From contig NC_043024.1 in the NCBI RefSeq assembly GCF_006345805.1, forward strand, positions 19,592,001 through 19,656,000: 64,000 nt of DNA, in the 5' to 3' direction. Positions 25,777 to 39,872 of the stretch are shown here, piece after piece. Position 1 is the stretch's first letter; the number at the start of each line of letters is the position of its first letter. The notes under the pieces were generated by a model. The model was not told the origin of the DNA and searched no databases. It worked only from the letters and a program-made list of their open reading frames with translations. Source of the DNA: Octopus sinensis. Its lineage: Eukaryota. The translations under genes and the position numbers were made by a program.

Positions 25777-25981
25777 TTTCTCTTTTACTTGTTTCAGTCA
25801 TTTGACTGCAGCCATGCTGGAGCACCGCCTTTAGTCGAGCAAATCGACCCCGGGACTTATTCTTTTATAAGCCCAGTACTGATTCTATTGGTCTCTTTTG
25901 CCGAACCGCTAAGTGACGGGGACATAAACACACAGCATCGGTTGTCAAGCAATGCTAGGGGGACAAACACAGACACACAAA

Positions 25982-26016
<35 letters not shown>

Positions 26017-26188
26017 CATATATACGACGGGCTTCTTTCAGTTTCCGTCTACCAAATCCACTCAAAAGGCTTTGGTCGGCCCGAGGCTATAGCAGAAGAC
26101 ACTTGCCCAAGGTGCCACGCAGTGGGACTGAACCCGGAACCATGTGGTTGATAAACAAGCTACTTACCACACAGCCACTCCTGCGCCT
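25776..26188 (-). mobile_element. SINE family A inserted in (ATT)n
   Basis: (ATT)n on both flanks. Confidence 0.9.
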
Positions 26189-26195
26189 ATTATTA

Positions 26196-26244
<49 letters not shown>

Positions 26245-26489
26245 CATTGTTGTTACTGTTGTTAAGGTGAAGCAAAGCAGCAAGCTGGCAGAAGCATGCC
26301 AGTCAAAACACTTAGCAGCATTTTGTCCATTGCTGCATTCTAAGATCGAATTCTTCCGAGGTCATCTATCCCCTTCCTTCTTTCAGGCTTGATGAAATAA
26401 GTACCAATTAAACACTGGGGTCGATATAATTGACTAGCCCTCTCTTCCAAAATTTAAGGCCCTTGTCTACACTTGAAAGGATTATTATT

Positions 26490-27315
26490 ATCATTATTTT
26501 TTATGTTTGACTTTTGCTTTGCATTTGTACAAGTTGGCTCCAAGCCTCACCCAAAGACCTCAAGAGACAACAAGTTAGAAGTTCATGTTGGTGTTATGCC
26601 TAGGGTGCCATATATTTGGTTTTGTACTTAGTGTTGTACTAGTAAATGTTTAAGAAACTTTAAGAAACTATAAGAAAATTATGTTTGTTTTAAAATTAGA
26701 GATTACATAGAAAGTATTTTACATAGGATCTCTATACTTGCTCAGTTTTTGGTAAGTCTTGACAGATACGTTTATATCGATTGGGACAATCATATCAATG
26801 AGGAGGCATGTTCTTTGTCTGAAGTCTTTCAATATGATGTCTGGCCTATTTGCATCTATCTTTCTGTCAGTTTGAATGGTGAAGTTCCAGAGGAGTGAGA
26901 TGTGGTCATTTTCAAGCACTAGAGGTGGTTTGTGTTCCCACCAGTTTTTATCATGGGGCAAATCCAGGTTTTTGCAGATTACCCAGTGAATATATTGTGC
27001 AGCTCTATCATGCCTGTTGAGATACTCCGTAGGCGCAAGAAGACTGCACTTGGAGACAACATGATCAATGGTTTCATTTTGTTGTTGACATACACGACAT
27101 GTTGGGCTACTGCCGTTCTTTAATATGATGGCCTGGTAGTTCCTTGTAGGCAGGCATTGATCTTGGGCTGCTGTGATGAACCCTTTGGTTTCAGATTTTA
27201 AGCCAGAAGCCATTAACCATTGATGAGTAAGGGCTTTGTCAACATTGGCATTATTCGTTCTCTTTGGGTATTTGCCATAGAGAGGTTTTTCTTGCCATTA
27301 ATCAGACATAATATC
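26490..27315 (-). mobile_element. R4/Dong-clade retrotransposon 3' fragment (CCHC knuckle + RLE), internally deleted
   Basis: GLKSETKGFITAAQDQCL, CRVC...ETIDHVVSKC, RHD, NRPDIIL...LLIDMIVP; 3' UTR shared with 12680-12860; (TTA)n flank at 27316-27385. Confidence 0.9.
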
Positions 27316-27364
<49 letters not shown>

Positions 27365-27858
27365 GTTATTATTATTATTATTTTATGAAAACTCATGTGT
27401 GCCTTGGGTGTTTGGTGTGATTTCTTGTGGTGCTTTTATGGTTACTGTATTGAAAGTGTTTTGCGTAGGATGAGTGAAGTGCCTAGTAATAGCAGACACT
27501 GGTAGCACACAAATGGCACCCATGCTGGTGGCACATAAAAGCACCTATTACACTCTCAGAGTGGTTGGCATTAGGAAGGGCATCAAGCTGTAGAAACTAT
27601 GCCAAATCAAACTGGAGTTTGGTGCAACCTTCCAGCTTGGCAGCCCTGTCAGACCGTCCAACCTAAGCCAGCATGGACAATGGACCTTAAATGATGATGA
27701 TGATGATGATGATGATATACGACAGGGTTTCTTTCAGTTTCTGTCTTCCAAATACATTTGCAAGGTTTTGATCGGCCCAAGTCTAGTGTAGAAGACACTT
27801 GCCAAGCTGCCATGCGGTGGGATTGAACCTGGAACCATGTGGCTGGGAAGCAAGCATC

Positions 27859-28624
27859 TTATTTCTTTATTGCCCACAAGGGGCCAAACACAGAGGGGAC
27901 AAACAAGCACAGACAAACGGATTAAGTCGATTATATCGACCCCAGTACGTAACTGGTACTTATTTAATCGACCCCAAAAGGATGAAAGGCAAAGTCGACC
28001 TCGGCATAATTTGAACTCAGAACGTAGCGACAGACGAAATACCTATTTTTTTACTACCCAGAAGGGGCTAAACACAGAGGGGACAAACAAGGACAGACAA
28101 ACGGATTAAGTCGATAATATCGATCTCAGTGCATAACTGGTACTTATTTAATCGACCCCGAAAGGATGAAAGGTAAAGTCGACCTGGGCAGAATTTGAAC
28201 TCAGAACGTAACGGGAGACGAAATACCTATTTCTTTACTACCCACAAGGGGCTAAACACAGAGAGGACAGACAAGGAGATTAAGTCGATTACATCGACCC
28301 CAGTGCGTAACTGGTACTTATTTAATCGACCCTGAAAGAATGAAAGGTAAAGTCGACCTGGGCAGAATTTGAACTCAGAACGTAACGGGAGACGAAATAT
28401 CTATTTCTTTACTACCCACAAGGGGCTAAACACAGAGAGGACAGACAAGGAGATTAAGTCGATCACATCGACCCCAGTGCGTAACTGGCACTTATGTAAT
28501 CGACCCCGAAAGGATGAAAGGCAAAGTCGACCTGGGCAGAATTTGAACTCAGAACGTAGCGGCAGACGAAATACTGCTAAGCATTTCGTCCGGCGTGCTA
28601 ACGATTCTGCCAGCTCTCCGCCTT
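27859..28624 (-). mobile_element. SINE family B array: one head, four bodies (184/184/174-bp spacing)
   Basis: Unit junction acgaaata(c/t)ctatt at about 28042, 28226 and 28400; single head at 28560-28624. Single-body copies at about 9575-9800(-), 12220-12450(-), 16731-16956(-) and 42055-42285(+). Confidence 0.85.
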
Positions 28625-28809
28625 CTTACCGCACAGGCACACCTGCGCCTATCCTTCTCACCCAGTGTGCGCAGCTGTCACTAGCAATTATAAAGAACTG
28701 AGAAGAAGACCCATTTGCAGATTAGAGGAATCTCTCTGTCAACAGGTTGTTGCTCTTGAGAGACTGCAAAAGGATGCTTTATGTAATTCAGTATGTTTCC
28801 CTCTTGCAT

Positions 28810-29960
28810 ATATGCACACGCGCATGCACACACACACATACACAAACCACAGACATATACACACACATAAACTACAGACATTCACACACACACACAAACT
28901 ATGGACATACACACACATACATACGTGCACACACACACACACAAACCACAGATATACACACAAATACACATACACACACACAAACCACAGACATTGACTC
29001 ATACACACACGAACCACGCACACACACACACATACACACAAACCACAGAGATTCACACACACACACAAACCACAGACATACACACATACACATACACACA
29101 CAAACCACAGACATACACGCACACACACATACACACGAACACACACACACAAACCACAGACATTCACACAAATACGCATACACACACACACACAAACCAC
29201 AGACATTCACACACATACACACACACAAACCACAGACATACACACAAATACGCATACACACACACACACAAACCACAGACATTCACACACACACACACAC
29301 AAACCACAGACATTCACACATACACACACATACACACACACAAACCACACACACACACACACACACAAACCACACACACACACACACACTAACCACACAC
29401 ACACACAAACCACAGACATTCACACACACATACGCATACACACACACACACACAAACCACAGACATTTACACACCACACACCAAACCACAGACATTTACA
29501 CAAACACACAACCACAGACATACACACACCACAACACCACACACACAAACCACAGACATACCCACACACACACAAACACACACACACACACACACACAAA
29601 CCACAGACCATACACACAACACAAAACCACACACACACACACACACACACACAAACCACAGACATACACACACACACACACAAACCACACACACACCACA
29701 CACACACACACACACACAAACACAGACATACACACACACACACAAAACCCCACACACACACACACACACCAAACCACAGACATACACACACACACACACA
29801 AAACCACAACACACCACACACACAAACCACAGACATACACACAACACACAAACCACACACACACACACACACACACAACCACAGACATACACACACACAC
29901 ACAAACCACACACACACACACACACACAACACACACACATACACAACACACAAATCACAG
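28810..29960. repeat. CA-rich minisatellite with recurring AAACCACAGACAT motif
   Basis: Motif repeated dozens of times, separated by variable (CA)n. Confidence 0.95.
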
Positions 29961-30144
29961 ATGCTTTCCTAAAGACATGCGTGAATATATTTTTCCCCAT
30001 CTCTGAATGGGAACCAGATTGTAAATTGATATTTTTGCTGTTTGTCTTCTTTTAGTGGACGTTATTTTCTCTGGGTTCATTGTGACATAGCTTCTGTCCC
30101 CTTTAGAATTGAAATAGAGGACACTGTGCTGAAGAAGTGGATAT

Positions 30145-30477
30145 ATGTATGATGATGACGATGGTGATGATGATGATGGTGATGGTGGTCATAATAATGA
30201 AGATGTTCATAAAGAAAATGATGGAGATGATAATGATGAGGATGATGATGATGTTGACGATGTGTATGATGATCGTCAATGAAAATCACGATGATGAATA
30301 TGATGATGAAGAGAAGAGTGGTGATGATGATGATGGTCATAATGACGGTGACAGTAATGATGATGATGATGATGATGATGATGTGGTCATAATGATGGTG
30401 ACGGTGATGATGATGATGGTGATGATGACATGAATAATGGTGATGCTAATAACATTGACACAACTATGAGATTGTGA

Positions 30478-30535
<58 letters not shown>

Positions 30536-30594
30536 TTGATGATGACGATGATGATGATGATGATGATGATGATGGTGATGGTGATGATGGTGAC

Positions 30595-30633
<39 letters not shown>

Positions 30634-30800
30634 GATGATGAAGATGATGATGATGATGATAGTGAGGATGATGATGATGATGATGGTGATGATGAGAACG
30701 GACAATGGTGGTGTTGATAACAATGACAAGTGATGATGATGACAAAAACGGTGGTTAAGATGTCAGTGACAATGACAATGATGATGATGATGATGATACT
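30145..30800. repeat. (GAT)n microsatellite
   Basis: Visible. Confidence 0.95.
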
Positions 30801-32458
30801 CATTATCCATATTTATTCTCTTACCAGCATCCAGCCTCAACTAATAACCACTTAAGATTTGAACCAGAAACCATTATCTTGCAGATAAGCTAAAGTTAAT
30901 ACCATGCCGATCTCTCTACTTGGTCCCTCACTGAGCCAAGATTCCATGATGTGTCATAAGATTTAAAAACTGTAAAACTGGAAAGTAAGACACCCTTTCG
31001 TCATTCAAGACTAGGTTAATAGCACGAAATATAATAATTGAATTAATATTTCCTCTTCAGTTGTAAACTAGAAACCTTGTATCTTCCAGAAAATTCTGTA
31101 TTAATCATGCTAATGTAACCCGAATGAAGTAATAGCACTTCACTTTAAGTTTCCTGAAGTAACGGCCACTCCTTGGCAATATGTTGCAAGTGTATCATCA
31201 ACTCACTTTATCTCAAACTACTCTTATCGTTATGGCTAGAGTAATAATAATTGTTTAATTAATTAAAAGGTCTTGCAATAAATCAAGTAAATTAATCTAA
31301 AGTTTTACACAGCATATAATTTCGCGTTCTTGATAACGGTATTCCTTTTGCATTTTTCATTGACAATGAAACTTTAAAACTATAGGGAACATAAGTAATA
31401 GTTACTAGTGACTCCCTTCTTACTGGACAAGATTATCTGCTAGCCTGGCTACAGTGGCTTGAAACTGAAAATGCATTGGTTTGAATTAACATCATCATTT
31501 TATGTTTATATTTCACTTGTGCCCTGTGCTAGTAGGGTGCTAAGAGCACCATCCGAGTATGATCGTTGCCAGAGCAGCTAATTGGCTTCCATGCCGGTAG
31601 CATGTAAAAAGTACCATTTGAGTGTGATCGTTACCAGCATCGCCTTACTGGTACCTGTGCCGGTGGCATGTGTAAAAAGATTGGAGCGAGGTCTTTGCCA
31701 GTATGGCCTGACTGGCCCTCGTGCCAGTGGCATGTAAAAGCACCCACTACACTCCTGGAGTTGCTTGGTGTTAGGAAAGGGCATCCAGCTGTAGAAACTC
31801 TGCCAGATCAAGATTGGAGCCTGGTGCAGCCATCTGGTTCACCAGCCCTCAGTCAAATCGTCCAACCCATGCCAGCATGAAAAGCGGACTTTAAACAATG
31901 ATGACAATGATGATGATGATTCCAAGCTGACTTAGTTTGAAAGGGTTGACAGAATCGGACAGGGCCAAGGACTATATCATGCTCCACTGTCTCCTTTGGT
32001 ATGGTTTCTATGGCTGGACTTGTCAAAAAGTATCTCATCTTTTAATCCCTGTTTTGCATATTTTGATATGAATACAAGAGGTTGCCTGCCAAATCAAGAG
32101 CTTACTTAACACTCCTGGTGCAGAGGTCAACTTTATTGTATCGATGCAAATAACCTGAAATTCTGACAATGTCTTCTAAATTACATCATAGTTTATCATT
32201 TATAATTTTCATCCTTACTCTTTTATTCTTTTACTCTTTTATTTGTTTCGGTCATTTGACTGCGGTCATGCTGGAGCACACCATTAGTCAAACAAATCAA
32301 CCCCAGAACTTATTTATTTTTTGTAAGCCTGGTACTTATTTTATTGGTCTCTTTTGCCGAACCACCAGCTTACAGGGATGTAAACACACCAACGTCGGTT
32401 ATGAAGTGATGGTGGAGGAACAAACACAGACACACAAATATGAATATATATATATATG

Positions 32459-32507
<49 letters not shown>

Positions 32508-32989
32508 TATATTACTATATATATATATATATGTACACACACAACAGAATTCCTTCGGTTTCTGTCTATCAAATCTACTCACAAGACTTAAGAAACAGTA
32601 TTAAAATAATTAAACCCTTTTGTTAAAATTCATTGCTTTTGATCCAATTAAAATGTGAAATTAAGTGAATTTCGGAAACTATCTTTATCATTCTTAATAA
32701 TGGTAAGTGGAACATAGCATGAAAGTTTGATGAAGGTTTTTAACTTAGACCACTTTGAAACAGTAAATTTGTATTATGGAACCAAAACTGGTCTCAAGGT
32801 GTTCTTGGTATCAAAAAGGTTAAGCCTTCCCCTTGTGTACCATGAAAGTAGATAATATCTTTTTAGAATTCCAAATACAAAGATCTTATAAAAGTGATAA
32901 GGGTTAACATTATTAACTGACCACACACATACACATACAAACACACATACAAACACACTGAAGCACACACATATGCACATAAATGCATG

Positions 32990-33020
<31 letters not shown>

Positions 33021-33161
33021 GTGGGGTTTCTTCTCTTTATTCAGATTGATAAATACCATTCTAGGGGTTCTTGGTACATGATATCAGAATCTTCTATGGA
33101 AAACTAATAACCTTTACTGAGCTTCACAGTTTAATGCCAAAAGCTAAATAATAATAATAAT

Positions 33162-33207
<46 letters not shown>

Positions 33208-33464
33208 GTTATATATTAAAAAATAATGTCTATCCTTAAAATAAGTATGTAATATCCAAGGGAGATTTGTCTGCTATTTCTATAATAGGTCAAGAATGCA
33301 CATACAGGCTTCATTACTGATTTGTCTTCTTAAAAGAAATTCCAGATACTGGCAGCAAAGAATTAACCATTTTTTTTTTCTTTTTTCTTGGATTTTTTTT
33401 TTTTTTAATAACTCTGATAGAATTGGAATTTTCCTCCGCAGTATGAGAGAGATTTCCTCCTACA

Positions 33465-33514
33465 TTAATAATAATAATAACAACAACAATAATAATAATA
33501 TAATATAATAATGA

Positions 33515-33547
<33 letters not shown>

Positions 33548-33573
33548 TAATAATAATGATAATAATAATAATG

Positions 33574-33609
<36 letters not shown>

Positions 33610-33618
33610 GTAATAAAA

Positions 33619-33656
<38 letters not shown>

Positions 33657-33881
33657 TAATAATAATAATAATGATAATAATAATAATAATGATAATAATA
33701 ATAATAATAATAATGATGATAATAATAATAATAATAATGATAATAATAATAATAATGATAATAATAATAATAATAATAATAATGATGATAATAATAATAA
33801 TAATAATAAATAATAATGATAATAATAATAATAATGATAATAATAATAATAATAATGATAATAATAATAATAATAATAATA

Positions 33882-33922
<41 letters not shown>

Positions 33923-33930
33923 TAATAATA
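33465..33930. repeat. (AAT)n microsatellite
   Basis: Visible. Confidence 0.95.
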
Positions 33931-34426
33931 AGTTTACTAAGATTCCCACTCAGAATAAGAGAATTGCATATGATATGAAATTTATCTTCTTTGCAAAAAA
34001 AAAAAAAAAGAAAATGGTTATTAAAAAAATAGTAAATAAGAAAAAAAAATTACATTTCTTTGTATTCAAAAGCAATTATGGTTATTACAGTTTTATATAC
34101 GTGTGTGTGTATGTGTGTGTGTTTGTGCACATATATGTATGAGTGTGTGGTGTGTGTGTACAAATGTGTGCATGTGTGTGTTCGTATATATATTTATATG
34201 TATGTGTGCGTGTATATGTGTGTGTGAATATTTGTATATACATATGTGTGTGTATATGTGTGTGTATATGTGTGTATATGTGCATGTTTGTATATATATG
34301 TGTGTGTATTTGTGCACATATATGTATGAGTACGTGTGTGTACAAATGTGTGCATGTGTGTGTATGTATATGTGTGTGAATATTTGCATATATATATGTG
34401 TGTATGTGTGTATATGTGCAGGTTTG

Positions 34427-34463
<37 letters not shown>

Positions 34464-34851
34464 TGATGTGTGTATTAAAAGAGAAAAAAATGTATATATT
34501 TTCCCCATAAATCCTTGCACAAAAAAAGCTACCCTAGTTTAATGGAAAGAACTTTTAAAAGATCAATAATGTAGAAGAATGTTAGATGGATTGGCACAAA
34601 CCTTTAAATATCACAATATTTTCTCATATTTTGTATTTTCTGAAAGTTTCCTTGAGAGGATCAATGGCATAAAAATGTCAAATTAAATGACATAGTCATA
34701 GTAGCACTGGTATCAGATATCTCTGTATATATTATATTCTGAAGGTGAAGGTATGTGGGTTAGTGGTTAGAGATCTCACAATCATGAGGTAGTGAGTTTG
34801 ATTCCCGCACCGGGTTGTGTGTTGTGTTTTTGAGCAAGACACTGCGGCTTT

Positions 34852-35442
34852 ATATAGCTATGGTAAGACCTCACCTGGAATTTGCATCACCGGTCTGGAA
34901 CCCCTATCTTACCCAGGATATTAATCGTCTGGAAGCCGTTCAGCGACGTGCAACAAAAAGAATACCCTCCATCAGGCAGTTGCCATATTCTGAACGCCTT
35001 ACTTCCCTGGGCATGGACACATTGAAACTCCGACGTCTGACAGCTGACTTGGCAGACACCCATAAAATTATTAACCATCTTACAAACAATAACTCTGAGC
35101 ACCTTTTCAAACTCCACCTGTCTAACACCCGTAGACATGTTTACAAAGTCAGAAAACAGCACAGCTCCCATGACTTTCGGAAACATCATTTCATGCTGAG
35201 AGTTGCTGAAGCATGGAACAAACTGCCAGCATCAGTTGTTACTTGTCGGAGCACAGCATCCTTCAAAACTTCCATGCTTCCTGAGATTCGCCAATACTAC
35301 ACCTGATTTTCTCTCCTCCATACACACACAAGCATGTATCTGACTCATACACTGTTCACTTCCCAGACATTCATACATTACTGCATATACTTTATATGCA
35401 CTTTTGACAAGTTGTGGTGCACCTGAGCACTGTATACAATAA

Positions 35443-35496
<54 letters not shown>
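34852..35496 (+). mobile_element. CR1/Jockey-group LINE 3' end with (TTA)n tail, inserted into a SINE
   Basis: LYIAMVRPHLEFASPVWNPY..QDINRLEAVQRRATK...RVAEAWNKLP; the SINE head at 34750-34845 resumes at about 35497. Confidence 0.9.
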
Positions 35497-35497
<1 letters not shown>

Positions 35498-36172
35498 TCG
35501 TGTTGCTTCAGTTCACTCAGCTATAGAAATGAGTTATGATGTCACGGGTGCCAAGCTGTATCAGCCATTGCTGTGGCCATGCTGGAGCACCTTTGTAAAC
35601 AAACTTTTATTGTTTACTTGTGTCAGTCATTTGGCAGTGGCCATGCTGGGGCACCACCTTGAAGGGTTTGTAGTCAGATGGATTGACTCCAGTACTTACC
35701 TTTTCTGTTTTAAGCCTATTACTTAGTCTATCGGTCTCTTTTGCTGAACCACTAAGTTACAGGGATGTAAACATACCAACAATGGTTGACAAGCAGTGGT
35801 GGGGGGGGGGGGCAGACACAGACACAAGCGCACCCCCCCACACACACATACATTTACATGATGGGCTTCTTTCAGTTTCTGTCTGCCAAACCCACTCAGA
35901 AGCCTTTGGTGGGCGTGAGGCTCTGGTAGAGACACTTGCCCAAGGGTTTGGATTAGGATTAGTGGGACTGAACCTGGAACCATGTGGTTGGGAAGCAAGC
36001 TTCTTACCACACAGCCATGCCTGCACCTAGAATGTAAAATTTAGTAAAATGTGTTTCTTGTTATCAAACTGGTGTTTGGATTGTAAATTACTACAAAATT
36101 TTGATGGAACGTAAAAGCTCATTGTTACCCTGCACCAACATACCCAAACCTATATTGTATGTACATAACATA

Positions 36173-36923
36173 TCTATTATATAAAATCCGTTCTGTCTGT
36201 GTGTCTGTGTGTGTGTCTTCTAGGATCTCAGGCATCCTCCATCCGATTGCACTCAAATTTGATATGTAGATACCGACGGTATCAAGGTGTGTATAAGACT
36301 TGAAAAAATTACAAAAATCGATTCCAGGTGAGAATGCGATCGATAAAGCCGTGGAAACGTGCATTTGTACATGCAAGTACATCTGCTGTTGCTATCGATA
36401 CTATGTGTATGCGAGTAAAATGCACGTGCAGTTTCCTCCATGTTTTATCAGATAAACTTATTATTGTCCCAGGTACGTTCTCATAAATTCATTATGCATT
36501 TCCATCTAGATTTACCTCCAGCTAACCAATTTGCATGCATCATTTTGTCCTGCTTTTCTTCCGTCAACCTGTACATAACTGCACCTTCCATTTTTTTTTG
36601 TTTTTGTACTGCTTAAAGGCACGTTTCTTTCCTGCCAAGCTTACTGTTTAAACCATGTTTGTGTTCTCCCAGTCAACAGCCTTATCATTACTGGTACTTT
36701 AAACTCTTCGGTTGCATATTTGTGTGTATAATATCGTTTTTCTTTGGAATAGAAAAAAATAGTCTATCTTTATTTCTTCTTTTGCTGGTGTCTCAAATTT
36801 AGGTTAAATCAGTGTTTCTCAAAGGGGAGGCCTATGGGACGGTCGGACAAATTGTTTTGAGAAAATTTAGTTTAAATGTTTGACAACTCAGCACTGTCCG
36901 TTGGACGGGGGTCATTTTGTTCA
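36173..36923 (+). mobile_element. Helitron-like family H1, longer copy
   Basis: Homologous to 19356-19904 with about 190 bp extra. Confidence 0.65.
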
Positions 36924-37962
36924 TATAATGTATATAGAGGTGAGTGTGTGGGTATAATATAGACACATGTTTCAGCCTAATTGCATTCCATCAGCTGTAA
37001 GAGTCCTGTCTTTTTGTCTTTCCTCTTCAGCATTTTCTTATCTAGAACTTCGGTATATGTGTTATTCCTTTTTACTTCAGTCTGTGAACGAGAAAAGAAA
37101 ATTTGGTTATTATTTCTAGTCCATAGAGGCTTCCTCTTATTGGCTCCGCTTAAACTTGCTGTTTCTTACTTCCTCTCTAATCTTCTTTGGTAATCAATTC
37201 CTGTTTCTTTTCTAAGACGGTTTTTCGCAAATTAACTTGTTGCACCACTTCCTGAATAATTTCCAAGAATGGTTTCTGACGAAATTCCAATAATATATAT
37301 TCTTTCCTCGGGCATTCACTTTTCCTATTATTGCCGTACAAGCATACACAATATATTCTCACCTGCATCTGTGGAGTAATGACGGCAATTTTTTTCCCCT
37401 TTTGTCAAGAAAACAAATAAATTGCTATTCTGTGTGTGTGTGTGTGTGTGATCATGCGCTTGACTCTGCGCCACCAGATATAAAAGCTCACCTTTAAGCT
37501 ACTACCATTCATATGTCTTTTACTGTGCTGCACCAAGAATTTCTGTGCACCATTAACGTTTGCTAGGTGTTCAAGGTAGTGTGTGTATGTATATATATAT
37601 ATATATATACACTGACCCCTCAAAAGTAAATAGACACCATTCGTAACGTCTTATTTACTGAAATAGATGTCGGATATTTTAAACCCTATTCCAACACCCA
37701 TTATTTATAAACTTTATGTATCTTTTTTTTATATAAATACGCCGCCACACCTGGAACCAATCCTGAATCAATTCTGCAGTTTAAATTGAATTTAGTACTT
37801 TCATACCTGCAGTATCCTACAAACATTTGATGCCTTCGTCATTTTACTTCTCTGTGAACCCTAAGTTATTGTACCTAGCCATTTTTGGTATCCCACATGT
37901 TGATGTGCCTAGATTCTATTAAATTATGTAACTAATCTATCTATCTGTTTATCTATCTATCT

Positions 37963-37993
<31 letters not shown>

Positions 37994-38680
37994 TATAAAT
38001 TAGAAAAAAAACACCTTTTATTAATTCAATAATGAAAAATTAAAATAGAAATAAAATATTCCCTCATATTATATATATATTATATAATATATATATATAT
38101 ATATAATATATATATATATATATAGCTGTTTATATTAATATTTAGTATATGCATTAGCATTTCACTAAATCATCATGATCATCATTTAACGTCTACTTTC
38201 CATGCTGGCATCATTGGGCGATTTGACTGAAGACTGGCGAACCAGATAGCTGCACCAGGCTCCAATCTGATCTGGCAGAGTTTCTACAGTTGGATGCCCT
38301 TCCTAATGCCAACCACTCCGAGAGTGTAGTGGGTGCTTTTACATTCCACCAGCACGAGGGCCAGTCAGGCGTTACTGGCAATGGCCCGTCCATAAATTTT
38401 TATGGTAAATATATGTATGCTGGCAGATGGAATTAGCAGTCACCACTGACAATGCCTAAGGTATAGGTGGAACCAGGCCTAATCTGGTGATCCTTGAGAT
38501 GGTCATGGGGCACTCACCTCCATTGTCAGTATATGTATATATTTGCCCTCTTCTTATAGCATTAAGAGTATTTTGACTCTTATTTCTTGCAATGTAGGTG
38601 CTATGGCACTCTTAGTCGCACTTAGTGACAATTAAATCTTTCCTTTATGGTATCACATTGTATCCAGCTGTTTATATTAA

Positions 38681-39356
38681 TCTATATATATAAAGCTGAA
38701 GTTGTCTGTGTGTGGCACATTTAGTAGCCTTCAACTAACACTATCTCCTCTGAGACCCTGCGGCACAAGTTGACCAAAATTGAGAGTTTGATAGAAGAAG
38801 ACTTGCTCTTCATTCCGTAGAAGAAAAAGCTCAAATCAGACCATGTTAATACCAAAAATTATTTACATCAAAAAGGTGCTTTTTTTCTATGAAAATCCCT
38901 ATTTTTTAAGATTTTTTCACTGCTGTGTCGCCATTTGTCGGTGTATTTCAACCAGAAAAATCTCTCTATATATATATAAGACTGAAGTTGTCTGTGTATG
39001 GCAGGTTTGGTAACCTTCAACTAACACTATCTCCTCAGAGACCCTGCAGCACAAGTTGACCAAAATTGAGAGTATGATAGAAGAAGGCTTGCTCTTCATT
39101 CCGTAGAAGAAAAAGCTCAAATCAGACCATGTTAATACCAAAAATTATTTACATCAAAAAGGTGCTTTTTTTCTATGAAAATCCCTATTTTTTAAGATTT
39201 TTTGACTGCTGTGTCACCATTTTTCGGTGTATTTCAACCAGAAAAATGTTCACTTAAAGAGAATAACAAGCTACATAATGCAAAATTTTTACTTTTCAAA
39301 TATTGCAATTCTAAGGGGTGGAAACAAACCCGAGCAACGCCGGGCTATACTGCTAG
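38681..39356 (+). mobile_element. Non-autonomous Helitron (family H2) with tandem-duplicated 5' 284 bp
   Basis: A|TCTATATATATAAAG at 38681; second TCTATA start at 38965; 3' hairpin CCCG-A-GC-AAC-GC-CGGG 39329-44, then CTAG|T at 39353-57. Confidence 0.85.
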
Positions 39357-39436
39357 TTTATGTATAACATTGCTATTATGAAAGTGTCATAAGTCCAAAA
39401 CGTTTCAGTATTCCATAGCAAAACCATTGTACTATA

Positions 39437-39660
39437 CTCTTTTTACTCTTTTACTCTTTTACTCTTTTACTTGTTTCAGTCATTTGACTGTGGCCATGCT
39501 GGAGCACGGCCTTTAATCAAGCAACTCGACCCCAGGACTTATTCTTTTGTAAGCCCAGTACTTATTCTATCGGTCTCTTTTGCCGAACTGCTAAGTAACG
39601 GGGATATAAACACACCAGCATCGGTTGTCAAGCAATGCTAGGGGGACAAACACAGACACA

Positions 39661-39708
<48 letters not shown>

Positions 39709-39872
39709 CATATATACGACGGGCTTCTTTCAGTTTCCGTCTACCAAATCCACTCACAAGGCTTTGGTCGGCCTGAGGTTATAGTAGAAGACACTTTCCC
39801 AAGGTGTCACGCAGTCGGACTGAACCCGGAACCATGTGGTTGGTAAGCAAGCTACTTATCACACAGCCACTC
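39437..39872 (-). mobile_element. SINE family A
   Basis: Full head to tail on -. Confidence 0.9.

Noticed and set aside
21713-34542. Long ORFs such as 28747-30006 (419 aa), and poly-H/T, C/V, Y/I, M, N, D ORFs
   Set aside because: Translations of stop-free microsatellites; no splice or domain evidence.
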